Source: an archaeon (GTDB taxonomy: Archaea > B1Sed10-29 > JAJSAI01). From it: a DNA stretch of 52,893 bases. The notes below the pieces were generated by a model. That model was not told the origin of the DNA and searched no databases. It worked only from the letters and a program-made list of their open reading frames with translations. Position numbers and translations under genes: made by a program. Of this stretch, positions 28,128-38,674 are shown piece by piece. Location of the stretch: assembly GCA_024274695.1 (NCBI GenBank), contig JAJSAI010000006.1, positions 1 through 52,893 of the forward strand, written 5' to 3'. Numbering within the stretch: position 1 is the stretch's first letter; the number at the start of each line of letters is the position of its first letter.

Positions 28128-28844
28128 ATGGGAAAGCCACTAATCCATCAGAGGAGAGGAAAAGGAAGCCCTGCCTTCAGGGCTCCAAGCACAAGGTTCA
28201 AAGTAGAAGTAGGGTACAGGCCGCTTGACAAGACAGGCCTGCTGAGAGGAGAGGTAGTAGAGTTCATAGACAATCCTGCTCACACTGCCCTCCTCATGAG
28301 GGTAGCGTACGAGGACGGCACCCAGTCGATAATCCCAGCGCCAGAGGGAATATTCATAGGAGACACAGTATACTACGGGGAAACAGCACCCCTATCCCTA
28401 GGGAACACGCTCCCGCTCAAGAGCATCCCTGAAGGATTCCCAGTATACAACATAGAAACGAGGGTAGGGGACGGAGGAAGCCTCGTCAGGGCGAGCGGAG
28501 GAGTAGCCTACGTCTCCTCAAAAGAGGGGGACGTTGTATACGTAAAACTCCCGAGCAAACAGGTAAGGAAATTTAACGCTAACTGCAGAGCAACCATAGG
28601 AAACATTTCAGGAGGAGGAAGAACAGACAAGCCCCTAATGAAAGCAGGGGCAGCACACTACAAGAACAGGATCGCGAGGAACAAGTGGTGGCCGAGAGTA
28701 AGAGGAGTCCACATGAACGCAGTGGACCACCCGTACGGAGGAAAACAGCACCACGGAGCAAAGACCAAGAAAGGCAAGGGAGCGCCTCCAGGACAGCACG
28801 TAGGATCCTTCGGAGCAAGGAGAACAGGACGGAGGAAGAGGTGA
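28128..28844 (+). CDS. rpl2: 50S ribosomal protein L2
   Basis: QRRGKGS, WPRVRGVHMNAVDHPYGG. Confidence 0.97.
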   Translation: MGKPLIHQRRGKGSPAFRAPSTRFKVEVGYRPLDKTGLLRGEVVEFIDNPAHTALLMRVAYEDGTQSIIPAPEGIFIGDTVYYGETAPLSLGNTLPLKSIPEGFPVYNIETRVGDGGSLVRASGGVAYVSSKEGDVVYVKLPSKQVRKFNANCRATIGNISGGGRTDKPLMKAGAAHYKNRIARNKWWPRVRGVHMNAVDHPYGGKQHHGAKTKKGKGAPPGQHVGSFGARRTGRRKR

Positions 28845-28845
28845 A

Positions 28846-29238
28846 ATGGCAAAAAAAGTGTTCAAGTACAGGGGGAAAACGCTTGAAGAACTGCAGAAGA
28901 TGAGCCTGGAAGAGTTCGCCAAGCTCGTTCCAGCCAGGGAAAGGCGGACGCTCCTGAGAGGATTCACAGAACAAGAGAAAAAACTGCTGAAAAAACTGAG
29001 GGCCTGGAAGCCGGGCCAAAAACCCGTTAGAACGCACGTCAGAGAAATGATCATCCTCCCTGAAATGGTCGGAAAAGAGGTTGCAGTCTACAACGGAAAA
29101 GACTGGAATGTCGTCAGAATAAAACCCGAAATGATCGCCATGAGGCTGGGAGACTTCAGCCTCACGAGAAAGCCTGTAAAACACTCCGGCCCAGGAATAG
29201 GGGCCACAAGATCAACCAAGTTCATCTCAGCCAAGTGA
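28846..29238 (+). CDS. rps19: 30S ribosomal protein S19
   Basis: YRGKTLEEL, RTHVREMIILPEMVG, GIGATRS. Confidence 0.97.
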   Translation: MAKKVFKYRGKTLEELQKMSLEEFAKLVPARERRTLLRGFTEQEKKLLKKLRAWKPGQKPVRTHVREMIILPEMVGKEVAVYNGKDWNVVRIKPEMIAMRLGDFSLTRKPVKHSGPGIGATRSTKFISAK

Positions 29239-29244
29239 TGAGGT

Positions 29245-29679
29245 ATGGGATACTCTTACCAGGGTGACATGACAAAAGCCGCCAGGGCAATGGCAAGAGA
29301 AGAGGACGTGAGCAGAAAACTCGCTAGAGAGGCCTGCAACGCCATAAAAGGAATGAAGCTAGAGAGAGCAATACAGTACCTGGAGAACGTGATACAGCAC
29401 AAGGAGTACATCCCTCTGAAAAGGTACAACAGGAAACAGCCCCACAGGAAGGGAGGGCAGCCTGGAAAGTACCCTGAAAAAGCCTGCAGGATACTACTCA
29501 AAACCCTAAAGAACCTGAAGAACAATGCTGAGCAGAAAAACCTTGACCCCGAGAAAATGAAAATCGTGCACGCTGCGGCCTACAAAGGCCTTGAGATCCC
29601 AAGGGTCAGACCAAGGGGGAGAACAAAAGCATCAAACATAGAACTCACTAACATAGAAGTCGTGGCACGCGAGGTATGA
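29245..29679 (+). CDS. rpl22: 50S ribosomal protein L22
   Basis: CNAIKGM, GKYPEKA, NNAEQK; operon position. Confidence 0.95.
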   Translation: MGYSYQGDMTKAARAMAREEDVSRKLAREACNAIKGMKLERAIQYLENVIQHKEYIPLKRYNRKQPHRKGGQPGKYPEKACRILLKTLKNLKNNAEQKNLDPEKMKIVHAAAYKGLEIPRVRPRGRTKASNIELTNIEVVAREV

Positions 29680-30356
29680 ACATGATTGAGAAAAAGTTCG
29701 TTGAAGACGGAATAACAAGGATGCAGACAAAGGAGTTCATAAAAAATGAGATCAAGAGAGCGGGAGTAGTCAACGTTAACATACAGAGGACAACCCTCTC
29801 AACCAGGATAAGCGTGCTCGCAGAAAATCCCGGGATCGTCATAGGAAGGAAAGGGAGAGGAATCCGGGAAATGGTGGAAAAAATAGAAAAAGAGATGAAC
29901 ATAGAGAACCCGCAGATAGAAGTGAGCGGTGTAGAAGAAGGAAGCCTTGAGCCAGTGGTCATAGGAAACTGGATAGCAAGAATGATTGAAAGAGGGTTCA
30001 CGCCAAAAAGGGCGATGGCCAGAGCCCTCCAAAGAGTCATGTCAGCTCACGCTCAAGGATGCGAGATCATAGTAAAAGGAGTAGTAAGAGGAAAAGGAAA
30101 GAAAGCAGGAAAACTAAGGATGTCCGCAGGATACCTGAAAAAAGCAGGATACGGAACCAATCTCGTGAAAGAGTACAAGGGAGTAGCAGTCCTCAAGCAA
30201 GGAGTCCTTGGAATCACCGTCAGAATAGTACCTCCAGACGTCATATTCCCAGACTACGTGAGGATCCCCGCAGAGGAAACAGCGGTTGAAGCCGCTGTTG
30301 TAGAAAAAGAAGCAGAGGTAAAAGAGAATGGCGATAATCAGAAAGAAGGAGCTTAA
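29676..30356 (+). CDS. rps3: 30S ribosomal protein S3
   Basis: PGIVIGRKGRGI KH motif; GVLGITVRI. Confidence 0.96.
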   Translation: MNMIEKKFVEDGITRMQTKEFIKNEIKRAGVVNVNIQRTTLSTRISVLAENPGIVIGRKGRGIREMVEKIEKEMNIENPQIEVSGVEEGSLEPVVIGNWIARMIERGFTPKRAMARALQRVMSAHAQGCEIIVKGVVRGKGKKAGKLRMSAGYLKKAGYGTNLVKEYKGVAVLKQGVLGITVRIVPPDVIFPDYVRIPAEETAVEAAVVEKEAEVKENGDNQKEGA

Positions 30357-30528
30357 AGGAATGAGCAAAGAAGAACTGCTCGCCAAGGAAAAGGAAATCC
30401 GCTCAGAGCTCATGAGAGAACTGGGAGCCGCAAGAAGCGGCACCAGGCCAGAAAACCCAGGAAAAATAAGAGAGATGAAAAGAACAATAGCAAGGATAAA
30501 GACGTACCTGAGAGGTGTAAACGAGTAA
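30328..30528 (+). CDS. rpl29: 50S ribosomal protein L29
   Basis: ENPGKIREMKRTIARIKT. Confidence 0.96.
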   Translation: MAIIRKKELKGMSKEELLAKEKEIRSELMRELGAARSGTRPENPGKIREMKRTIARIKTYLRGVNE

Positions 30529-30834
30529 ATGGGAGAAATCTGCGAGATCTGCGGGCTGCCTAAGGAAATATGCACCTGCGAGGAAATGACAAAGGAAGAG
30601 CAGAAGATACAAATATACGAAAAACAGGCCAAAGGAAGAAAATACGTCACGATCATCGAAGGCTTTGAGCCTTCATTCAACATAGAAAAACTTGCGAAAG
30701 AACTGAAACAGGAACTCGCGTGCGGAGGAACAACCAAAAAAGGAAGAATAGAACTGCAGGGACAACACAAGCAAAAGGTGAAGGCCGCACTGATAAAACG
30801 CGGCTTCAAAGAAAACCAGATAGACGTGTATTAG
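30529..30834 (+). CDS. sui1: Translation initiation factor aIF-1 (SUI1)
   Basis: CEICGLPKEICTC, LACGGT, IELQG. Confidence 0.96.
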   Translation: MGEICEICGLPKEICTCEEMTKEEQKIQIYEKQAKGRKYVTIIEGFEPSFNIEKLAKELKQELACGGTTKKGRIELQGQHKQKVKAALIKRGFKENQIDVY

Positions 30835-31119
30835 ATGCACAAAATAGTAATGGAAGAACTGATAGGCAAGAAAGTCAGAATCAAGAAAAGCAGCATGCCA
30901 GAACTCGAGGGAACGGAAGGAACAGTAACAGGAGAAACCCTGAAAACCCTGAAAATCCGGACGAACGGAAAAGAAATCACAGTACCAAAAAAAGACTGCA
31001 CGTTTGAGTTCGAAAGAAAAGGAAGATGGGTGGAAGTAAAAGGAAAGGACATCATGTTCAGACCCGAAGAACGGATAAAAAAGCACTGGAGGAAAATGCA
31101 TGCAAGAATGCGGAGATAA
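30835..31119 (+). CDS. rnp1: RNase P protein subunit Rpp29
   Basis: [29 protein letters not shown]. Confidence 0.93.
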   Translation: MHKIVMEELIGKKVRIKKSSMPELEGTEGTVTGETLKTLKIRTNGKEITVPKKDCTFEFERKGRWVEVKGKDIMFRPEERIKKHWRKMHARMRR

Positions 31120-31390
31120 GAACTGCCCGATCCACGGGAACCTTAGAGTCAGGGGTAGCGTGCTCACTGGAGTAGTGGTGAGCAAGAAAACAAAGAACAC
31201 GGTAACCGTGGAAAGACACTACCTCCACTACGTGCCGAAGTACGAAAGGTACGAGAGAAGAAAGAGCAAGATACACGCTCACCTCCCGCAGTGCATGCAG
31301 AAAGAAGTTAATGTGGGAGACACAGTCGTCATAGGAGAATGTAGGAAAATAAGCCGTGGGAAAGCGTTTGTAGTGGTGAGCAAAAAATGA
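31100..31390 (+). CDS. rps17: 30S ribosomal protein S17
   Basis: [25 protein letters not shown]. Confidence 0.96.
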   Translation: MQECGDKNCPIHGNLRVRGSVLTGVVVSKKTKNTVTVERHYLHYVPKYERYERRKSKIHAHLPQCMQKEVNVGDTVVIGECRKISRGKAFVVVSKK

Positions 31391-31785
31391 GAGGAATATC
31401 CAGCAAGGTGACAGGAGGAGTATCAATAGGCTCTCTGGTAGCCTGTGACGACAACTCGGGAGCCAAGGTACTCAAGGTCATAGGAAAAGAAGGATACAGA
31501 GGAAGAAAGAACAGGAGAGCAACAATAGGAGTTGGGGACATATTCATAGCATCAGTAGTCAAGGGCAACGTTAGAATGAGGAAAAAGAAGGTAAGATGCG
31601 TGCTCATCAGGCAAAGGAAAGAATACAGGAGAGCCAACGGAATGAGAGTAAAATTCGAGGACAACGCCGCAATCATAATCACAGACAAGAACGAACCCCA
31701 AAGCTCTGAAATAAAAGGGGTCGTAGCGAAAGAGGTTGCTGAAAGATTCCCCAAGATCGCAACAATAGCCAAAAACGTGGTGTGA
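31387..31785 (+). CDS. rpl14: 50S ribosomal protein L14
   Basis: [20 protein letters not shown]. Confidence 0.97.
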   Translation: MRGISSKVTGGVSIGSLVACDDNSGAKVLKVIGKEGYRGRKNRRATIGVGDIFIASVVKGNVRMRKKKVRCVLIRQRKEYRRANGMRVKFEDNAAIIITDKNEPQSSEIKGVVAKEVAERFPKIATIAKNVV

Positions 31786-32141
31786 AAATGAAGCCCGGAA
31801 AACAGAGGAAAAAAATCGAAGAGCTTCCCAAGCACGCTAGAAGAAAGCAGATGTCTGCAAGACTGTCCAAAGAACTCTCCGAGAAGTACAAGAGGAGAAA
31901 CTTCAGGATAAGGAAAGGAGACAGAGTAAGGATAATGAGGGGAAAGCACAAGGGAAAAGAAGCAAAAGTCACGAAAGTGCTGCTGAAGGACTACAAGGTT
32001 CTCCTAGAGGGAATAACCTACAAGAAAAAAGACGGGACCGAAAAACAAGTCCCAATAAGCCCGAGCAACCTCATGATCATAGAACTAGACCTCTCTGACA
32101 AGAGAAGGGTTGAAGCCCTAGAAAGAAAGATAAAGGGTTGA
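31782..32141 (+). CDS. rpl24: 50S ribosomal protein L24
   Basis: PGKQRK, RKGDRVRIMRGKHKG KOW motif. Confidence 0.96.
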   Translation: MKMKPGKQRKKIEELPKHARRKQMSARLSKELSEKYKRRNFRIRKGDRVRIMRGKHKGKEAKVTKVLLKDYKVLLEGITYKKKDGTEKQVPISPSNLMIIELDLSDKRRVEALERKIKG

Positions 32142-32145
32142 TTAT

Positions 32146-32850
32146 ATGCACATGAAAAGACTCAACGCACCAAGAGCATGGAACATACCACGCAAAGGAA
32201 AGGTATGGGCCCCGAGAACAGTTCCAGGAGCTCATCCGAAGGAGAAAAGCGTTCCGCTCCTAGTGGTAATCAGGGACATGCTCAAAAAAGCAGATAACGC
32301 AAGAGAAGCCATCAAGATAATAAAAGAAGGAAAAGTTCTTGTGGACGGGAGAGTCATAAAAGAACCCAAGTTCGGCGTTGGGTTCATGGACGTTGTTTCA
32401 ATACCGCTCATAGAAGAGTACTACAGGGTATTGTACGACAAGAAAGGAAGGATAGTACTGGAACAGATAGACGAGAGCGAGAAGGATTTCAAACTCTGCA
32501 AGATACGCAATAAAACAATCTTGAAGAAAGGAAGGCTCCAGCTCAACCTGCATGACGGAAGGAACCAACTTGCAGACAATGATGTTTACAAGACAGGGGA
32601 TGTTATCAAAATAACAATACCAGAACAGAAGATCGTCAAGCACATTCCTCTAGAAAAGGGCTCTCTCGTGTACCTCAGCGGAGGAAAGCACGCTGGAATA
32701 ACCGCGAGAGTCAAGGAGATACTCCCAGGGACCATGACAAGAAAACCAATAGTGGTCCTGGAAAGCGAGGACGGCAAGGAAATAAGAGCCCTCAAGGATC
32801 ACGCGTTCGTGATAGGAAAGGACAAGCCTGAAGTCAAGGTAGGTGTTTGA
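32146..32850 (+). CDS. rps4e: 30S ribosomal protein S4e
   Basis: HMKRLNAP, QLNLHDGRN, GGKHAG. Confidence 0.97.
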   Translation: MHMKRLNAPRAWNIPRKGKVWAPRTVPGAHPKEKSVPLLVVIRDMLKKADNAREAIKIIKEGKVLVDGRVIKEPKFGVGFMDVVSIPLIEEYYRVLYDKKGRIVLEQIDESEKDFKLCKIRNKTILKKGRLQLNLHDGRNQLADNDVYKTGDVIKITIPEQKIVKHIPLEKGSLVYLSGGKHAGITARVKEILPGTMTRKPIVVLESEDGKEIRALKDHAFVIGKDKPEVKVGV

Positions 32851-33347
32851 AAGTGATCAGCATAGACAAGGTAGTAATAAACATTGGGGTTGGATCAGCA
32901 GGAGAAGAACTTGAAAAAGCGAAGACACTAGTAGAAAGAATAAGCGGACAAAAGGCAGTCATCACGAAAGCAAAGAAGAGGATACCAACCTGGGGAATAA
33001 GAAAAAGAATGCCCATAGGCGTGAAAGTCACCCTCAGGAAAGAAAAGGCAGAAAAGTTCCTGAAAGAAGCGCTTGAAGCAGTGGATAACCAAATAAAAGA
33101 ATCCTCCATATCTGACAACGGAACGTTCTCGTTTGGAGTGAAAGAATACATTGACCTGCCAAACATCAAGTACGATCCTGACATAGGAATCTTCGGCTTT
33201 GATGTTTGCGTGAACCTTAAAAAATGGGGTTACAGAATAAGCAAGAGAAAAAGACAGAAGAGAAAAATACCCAAAAAACACAGGATCACTCGTGAGGATG
33301 TCAAAAAGTTCCTGGAAGAAAAATATGCTGTTAAGGTGATCGAATGA
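32847..33347 (+). CDS. rpl5: 50S ribosomal protein L5
   Basis: [25 protein letters not shown]; TTG start. Confidence 0.96.
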   Translation: MKVISIDKVVINIGVGSAGEELEKAKTLVERISGQKAVITKAKKRIPTWGIRKRMPIGVKVTLRKEKAEKFLKEALEAVDNQIKESSISDNGTFSFGVKEYIDLPNIKYDPDIGIFGFDVCVNLKKWGYRISKRKRQKRKIPKKHRITREDVKKFLEEKYAVKVIE

Positions 33348-33514
33348 AGAAGGTCAGAAAGCCAAGATTCAAGAGGCCTAGGAGGAAAGAAGAGGGGAGA
33401 GCCTGCAGGATCTGCGGAAGGCCTGAAGGGCTCATCAGAAAGTACGGCATAAACATGTGCAGGCAGTGCTTCAAAAGAAAGGCGAGGGAGATAGGCTTCG
33501 AAAAATACAACTGA
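33344..33514 (+). CDS. rps14: 30S ribosomal protein S14 (Zn-binding); not in the ORF track
   Basis: Manual translation MKKVRK...[38 protein letters not shown], 56 aa. Confidence 0.96.
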   Translation: MKKVRKPRFKRPRRKEEGRACRICGRPEGLIRKYGINMCRQCFKRKAREIGFEKYN

Positions 33515-33518
33515 GGTA

Positions 33519-33908
33519 ATGCTCATGGACCCGATAGCAGACGGACTCATCAACCTGAAAAACTGTGAGATGGTAGGAAAGAAGGAATGCAGGATAAAGC
33601 CAGCCTCCAAGCTAATGGGGGAAATCCTCAGGCTAATGCAGAAAGAAGGGTACATAGGAGAATTCGAGTTCATAGAAAACGGCAGAGGAGGAGAATACAA
33701 GGTAAAGCTCTTGGGAAGAATAAACAACTGCAAGGCCATCAAACCAAGATACCCCGTAAAAAAGGATGAGTACCCCGACTGGGAAAAGAGGTACCTTCCC
33801 GCCAAGAACTTCGGAATGCTCATAGTCTCAACACCAAAAGGTCTCATGACCCACAACGAGGCCAAAAAAGAGGGCACAGGAGGAAGGCTTATTGCCTTCG
33901 TCTACTGA
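33519..33908 (+). CDS. rps8: 30S ribosomal protein S8
   Basis: [27 protein letters not shown]. Confidence 0.97.
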   Translation: MLMDPIADGLINLKNCEMVGKKECRIKPASKLMGEILRLMQKEGYIGEFEFIENGRGGEYKVKLLGRINNCKAIKPRYPVKKDEYPDWEKRYLPAKNFGMLIVSTPKGLMTHNEAKKEGTGGRLIAFVY

Positions 33909-33918
33909 GGTGCGGAGA

Positions 33919-34443
33919 ATGGAAAGAGTAATCCCAATACCAGAAGGCGTTGAAGTAACACCCACGACAACAGGATTCAAGGTAAAAGGGAAACTGGGAG
34001 AGCTTGAAAGAGAGTTTGACATGAGCATGATAAAAACAGAAAAGAGAGGAGACTCAATCGCCATAATCATGGACAAGCCCAAGATAAGGAGGAAGGACAA
34101 AGCAATGCTCGGAACAATAGCCGCGCACCTGAAGAACATGATAAGAGGAGTTAATGAAGGATTCGAGTACAAGCTCAAGATAATCTACACTCACTTCCCC
34201 ATGAACGTTAGCGTTCAAGGCAATGAAGTGGTGATAAAGAACTTCTTCGGAGAAAAACACCCGAGGAAGGCCAAGATAGTGGGGAACGTCCAGGTAGAGA
34301 TCAATGGCCAGGAAGTCATAGTCAAGGGGATAAACAGAGAAGAGGTCGGACAGACCGCCGCTAACATAGAACAAGCAACAAGAGTAAAAGGAAGGGACGT
34401 TAGGAAATTCCAGGACGGAATATACATCGTGTCTAAGGGATGA
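33919..34443 (+). CDS. rpl6: 50S ribosomal protein L6
   Basis: HLKNMIRGV, YTHFPM, GQTAANIEQ, FQDGIYI. Confidence 0.97.
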   Translation: MERVIPIPEGVEVTPTTTGFKVKGKLGELEREFDMSMIKTEKRGDSIAIIMDKPKIRRKDKAMLGTIAAHLKNMIRGVNEGFEYKLKIIYTHFPMNVSVQGNEVVIKNFFGEKHPRKAKIVGNVQVEINGQEVIVKGINREEVGQTAANIEQATRVKGRDVRKFQDGIYIVSKG

Positions 34444-34796
34444 TGCTCATGGAGAAAAGAAAGAAGCCTTCGTTCCACAGGCAAAACTCGCACAGGAAAG
34501 AAAGGGTCTCGGACAGCTGGAGAAGGCCGAGAGGAATAGACTCCAAGCAGGCCCTCAAGAAAAAGTACATGGGCGCAAGGCCAACTCCAGGGTACGGGCA
34601 GCCTAAAAAAGTCAGGGGGAAACACCCTTCTGGACTTGAGGACGTTCTCGTCCACAACCCGAAAGAACTTGAAGGGCTTGACAAAGAAAAGCATGCTGTG
34701 AGGATAGCACACACTGTAGGAAAGAAAAAGAGGCTTGAAATAATAAAACAGGCGGAGGAAATGGGCCTCAAGATACTTAACAAGGGTGTAGCGTGA
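34440..34796 (+). CDS. rpl32e: 50S ribosomal protein L32e
   Basis: WRRPRGIDSK, RGKHPSG. Confidence 0.97.
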   Translation: MMLMEKRKKPSFHRQNSHRKERVSDSWRRPRGIDSKQALKKKYMGARPTPGYGQPKKVRGKHPSGLEDVLVHNPKELEGLDKEKHAVRIAHTVGKKKRLEIIKQAEEMGLKILNKGVA

Positions 34797-35230
34797 TGGA
34801 GCTAAAGCAGGTAAAAAGGCTGGCAGCAAGAGTAACTGGCGCCGGAGAAAAGAGGATCAGGATCAGGGACCCAGAGAAAGCGCAGCAGGCGATGACAGGA
34901 GATGACATAAGAGCACTCATCAAGCAAGGCGCGATAGAAGTAATCCAGAAGAAGGGAGTCAGCAGGGCAAGGGCTAACAAAATAAGAGCCCAGAAGAAAA
35001 AGGGCCTCAGGAAAGGCAGGGGAAAAAGAAAGGGAGGAACAAAGAGCAGGACTCCCAAGAAAGAAAAGTGGATGAAGAGAGTGAGAGCCCTCAGAAGAAA
35101 ACTCAGAGGAGAGAAGAAGAACCTCACACCCAACGCGTACCAGAGACTCTACAGGATGATAAAAGGAGGGTTCTTCAGGGATAAGGGCCACCTAGAGCTC
35201 TACCTGAAGGAAAGAGGAATAAAGAAGTGA
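34796..35230 (+). CDS. rpl19e: 50S ribosomal protein L19e
   Basis: KRLAA, GRGKRKG, WMKRVRALRR, KGGFFR. Confidence 0.96.
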   Translation: MELKQVKRLAARVTGAGEKRIRIRDPEKAQQAMTGDDIRALIKQGAIEVIQKKGVSRARANKIRAQKKKGLRKGRGKRKGGTKSRTPKKEKWMKRVRALRRKLRGEKKNLTPNAYQRLYRMIKGGFFRDKGHLELYLKERGIKK

Positions 35231-35736
35231 TGCTAATGGCCAACAAACCAACGTACAAGGTTCCGAGAAGAAGGAGAAGAGAAGGGAAAACGAACTACAG
35301 GAAAAGGCTAGAGCTCCTTAAGAGCGGTAAGCCAAGGCTAGTCGTCAGGATGACACACAATCAGGCGATAGCCCAGGTCATAGAATACCATCCTGAAGGA
35401 GACAGAACAATTGTCTCCGCGACCAGCAGAGAACTCAAAAAATACGGGTGGACAGGGCACGGAGGAAACTGCGCCGCAGCATACCTCACAGGATACCTGT
35501 GCGGAAAGAAAGCGTTAAAGGCGGGAATAAAAGAACTCGTGCCGGACATAGGACTGCACACTCCAGTCCACGGTTCCAACGTATTCGCGGTCATAAAAGG
35601 AGGGATAGACGCGGGAGTGCTCATTCCTGCTGACGAAAGCGCGTTCCCGGCAGCGGACAGGCTGGCAGGAAAGCACTTGAAAAACAAGCAGGACGTGGAG
35701 AGCATAAAAAACAAAATAGGTGAAGAGAATGTCTGA
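35230..35736 (+). CDS. rpl18: 50S ribosomal protein L18
   Basis: RRRREGKTNYRKRL, AAYLTG. Confidence 0.97.
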   Translation: MLMANKPTYKVPRRRRREGKTNYRKRLELLKSGKPRLVVRMTHNQAIAQVIEYHPEGDRTIVSATSRELKKYGWTGHGGNCAAAYLTGYLCGKKALKAGIKELVPDIGLHTPVHGSNVFAVIKGGIDAGVLIPADESAFPAADRLAGKHLKNKQDVESIKNKIGEENV

Positions 35737-36322
35737 ATGGACTCCTAAGACCAAGCTCGGCAGAATGGTGCTCAACGGGGAGATCACCAATCTTGAAGAA
35801 GTGTACTCCCGGAACATGGCAATACTCGAGCCAGAGATAATAGACCTACTTGTACCCAACCTAGAGCACGAAATACTCCAGAAGAACAGCGTGCAGAGGA
35901 TAACAAAGAACGGTAGAAGGATCTCCTTCAGGGTCGTGTCAGCCGTAGGGAACAAGGACGGATACGTTGGTGTAGGAGTCGGAAAAGGCCTTGAAATGAG
36001 AACAGCCATAGAAAAGTCAATCAAAAACGCGAAAAGAAACCTGATCCACATTCACAGGGGCTGCGGGAGCTGGGAATGCGCCTGCGGCGAAGAACACAGC
36101 CTCCCGTTCAAGGTTTCAGGAAAGAACTCTTCAGTAAAAATAGAGATATACCCTGCCCCGAAGGGAACAGGGGTCGTGGCAGGAGGGACAGCAAGGAAGA
36201 TACTGGAACTCGCTGGAATAAAGGACGCGTGGTCCAAGACCTTCGGCCAGACCACCACAAGAGTAAACTTCGCGCTCGCAACCCTTGACGCGCTGAGACA
36301 ACTTAGGAAGATAAGAAGGTGA
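35729..36322 (+). CDS. rps5: 30S ribosomal protein S5
   Basis: WTPKTKLG, RGCGSWECACG, PAPKGTG. Confidence 0.97.
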   Translation: MSEWTPKTKLGRMVLNGEITNLEEVYSRNMAILEPEIIDLLVPNLEHEILQKNSVQRITKNGRRISFRVVSAVGNKDGYVGVGVGKGLEMRTAIEKSIKNAKRNLIHIHRGCGSWECACGEEHSLPFKVSGKNSSVKIEIYPAPKGTGVVAGGTARKILELAGIKDAWSKTFGQTTTRVNFALATLDALRQLRKIRR

Positions 36323-36329
36323 ACACGGG

Positions 36330-36779
36330 ATGATAGTAGCAATAAGAGTCAGAGGCCCAGCAGACGTGAAAAAAGAGATTAACGATACCCTGGAAATGCT
36401 TAAGCTAAAAAAGCCTAACAACTGTGTCGTGCTTCCTGAAAATGACTCAATAAAGGGAATGCTCCAGAAGGCGAAGGACTACATAACCTGGGGAGAAATT
36501 AACAGGGACAACCTGGAAAGACTCCTGTTCAAGTGGGGAAGAGTCCCCGGAGGAAGGATAACAGAAGAATACCTGAAGGAAAAAGGTTATACTAAAGCAA
36601 AGTTCTTGGACGACGTTTACAACGGAAAAATAAAGCTGAAAGACTACGGGATAAAACAGCCGTTCAGACTACACCCCCCGAGGAAAGGCTGGGGAAGCGT
36701 GAAGAAAGGGTTCCATGAAAAGGGAGCCCTTGGATACAGGGGAGAAAAAATAAACGAGCTCCTTGAAAGAATGCTGTGA
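36330..36779 (+). CDS. rpl30: 50S ribosomal protein L30
   Basis: AIRVRG, DYITWGE, FRLHPPRKG, GALGYRG. Confidence 0.97.
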   Translation: MIVAIRVRGPADVKKEINDTLEMLKLKKPNNCVVLPENDSIKGMLQKAKDYITWGEINRDNLERLLFKWGRVPGGRITEEYLKEKGYTKAKFLDDVYNGKIKLKDYGIKQPFRLHPPRKGWGSVKKGFHEKGALGYRGEKINELLERML

Positions 36780-36790
36780 GGGAGACAAAA

Positions 36791-37195
36791 ATGAAGAGGA
36801 GGAAAAGAAAGATACACAAGAAAGGAAGAGGAACAAGGACAGTATTCAGGGGAAACACCAAGAAAGGCAGAGGAAGAGGAAGCAGGATGGGGAACCCAAG
36901 CGTCAAGTCAAAAGGAGGGGGAGGAGAGAGAAACATACAGCACGTTTACAAAAAACAGAGGCACAGACTGCTTGAAAGAAAAGGGTTTACTTCAATCAAG
37001 AAAAAACCAAGAGCAATAAACCTGAAGGACCTTGACTACTCGCAAAAAGAGATTGACGTCACGAAAATGGGCTACGAGAAGGTTCTCGGGGCTGGAGAAG
37101 TCCTAGCACCTGTCACTATCATCGCAAAGTTTTTTACCCAGAAGGCCATTGAAAAGATCGAGAAAGCAGGCGGAAAGGCGATGGTGAAACAGTGA
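36791..37195 (+). CDS. rpl15: 50S ribosomal protein L15
   Basis: GYEKVLGAG, AIEKIEKAGG; position before secY. Confidence 0.93.
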   Translation: MKRRKRKIHKKGRGTRTVFRGNTKKGRGRGSRMGNPSVKSKGGGGERNIQHVYKKQRHRLLERKGFTSIKKKPRAINLKDLDYSQKEIDVTKMGYEKVLGAGEVLAPVTIIAKFFTQKAIEKIEKAGGKAMVKQ

Positions 37196-38637
37196 TGGAC
37201 ATAAAAGTGTTCGAAAAGCTCGGGTCCTTTCTCCCAGAAATACAGCCCCCGAGCGGAAAACCTCCCCTGAAAGCAAGGGTAAAATGGACGTTAGCGGCGC
37301 TTATCCTTTTCTTTCTGCTAGGAATAGTAACACCAGTAGGCCTTGCTCCTGCAGCGCAGGCACAGCACCTTGAAAGCCTGCAGATGATACTCGCTAGCAA
37401 GATAGGAACAATAGCAACACTGGGTATCGGACCCATAGTGATGGGAAGCATAATCCTACAGCTGCTGGTGGGCGCCGGGCTCATAAAAATGGACAGGAGC
37501 AGCCCTAAGGACAGGAGAGCGTTCCAAACAGCTCAGAAGATTTTAGCCATATTCTTCTGCTTCTTTGAAGCAGGAATTTACACCATGTCAGGGTACATAC
37601 CCGCGGCGCCCGGAATGCAGGCTCTTGTGCTACTGCAGATCGCGTTCGGCGGTATAATCATAATGTACCTTGACGAGCTGATAAACAAGTACGGTATAGG
37701 ATCTGGAGTCGGAATATTCATCGCAGCAGGAGTCTCACAATCAATAGTCTGGAAAGCATTCTCCTTCTTCCAGACAGGGGGGACATTCATAGGGCTGGTG
37801 CCCCAGCTCCTAGCAGGGCTCGGCGCAGGAGAAATTTCAGAGGCTGCTTTGACACCCCTGCTGTTCACGCTACTCGTGTTCCTGATAGTAGTATACTTTG
37901 AGTCCATGAAAATAGAGATACCACTCACCTTCGGGCAGATAAGGGGAATGGGTGCAAGGTATCCTCTGAAGTTCTTGTACGTGAGCAACATTCCAGTGAT
38001 CTTCGCGATAGCCCTGTTCGCCAACGTCCAGCTGGTGGGCGCCGCGTTTGACAGCATGGGAATGCCCATCCTAGGACACTTTGAGGGAGGGAGAGCCACT
38101 CAAGAACCAATAATGTGCCTGGGAGGAGAGATGATAACAAAGGGGAGCACTGTGGTGTGCCAGGGAGGAATAGGCGTGCCTGGAATAGCGTACTTCCTTT
38201 CAACACCCTACAGGTACCTTGCAACAAGCCAGGAAATAAGCATTACTCTAGCAAGCCCCCTCAGGATAATGCAGATAGTATTCTTCACGATCGCACTAAT
38301 GCTAATGTGCGTGGTCTTCGGCAAAATATGGGTAGAACTCTCTGGAATGAGCGCTAGGGATGTTGCAAGACAACTGCAGCAGGTCGGCCTGCACGTGCCA
38401 GGATTCAGGAGAGACCCGAGAGTCATAGAAAGAGTGCTAGAAAGGTACATCCCCACCGTCACCGTGCTAGGATCACTGGCAGTAGGGTTCCTGGCGGTGC
38501 TCGCGGACCTTACCGGCGCGCTGGGAACCGGAACAGGGATACTCCTGACAGTAGGAATACTCTACAGGCTGTACGAGGAGCTGGCGTCCGAGCAAGCCAT
38601 GGAAATGATGCCCGCCCTGAAAAAGTTCATGAGCTGA
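37195..38637 (+). CDS. secY: Protein translocase SecY
   Basis: LGIGPIV, GIGSGVGIFI, YVSNIPVI, PGFRRD, GTGILL. Confidence 0.98.
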   Translation: MDIKVFEKLGSFLPEIQPPSGKPPLKARVKWTLAALILFFLLGIVTPVGLAPAAQAQHLESLQMILASKIGTIATLGIGPIVMGSIILQLLVGAGLIKMDRSSPKDRRAFQTAQKILAIFFCFFEAGIYTMSGYIPAAPGMQALVLLQIAFGGIIIMYLDELINKYGIGSGVGIFIAAGVSQSIVWKAFSFFQTGGTFIGLVPQLLAGLGAGEISEAALTPLLFTLLVFLIVVYFESMKIEIPLTFGQIRGMGARYPLKFLYVSNIPVIFAIALFANVQLVGAAFDSMGMPILGHFEGGRATQEPIMCLGGEMITKGSTVVCQGGIGVPGIAYFLSTPYRYLATSQEISITLASPLRIMQIVFFTIALMLMCVVFGKIWVELSGMSARDVARQLQQVGLHVPGFRRDPRVIERVLERYIPTVTVLGSLAVGFLAVLADLTGALGTGTGILLTVGILYRLYEELASEQAMEMMPALKKFMS

Positions 38638-38674
38638 AGGCTTTTTATAAAAGATTCCTGGAATAAAAAGAAAG

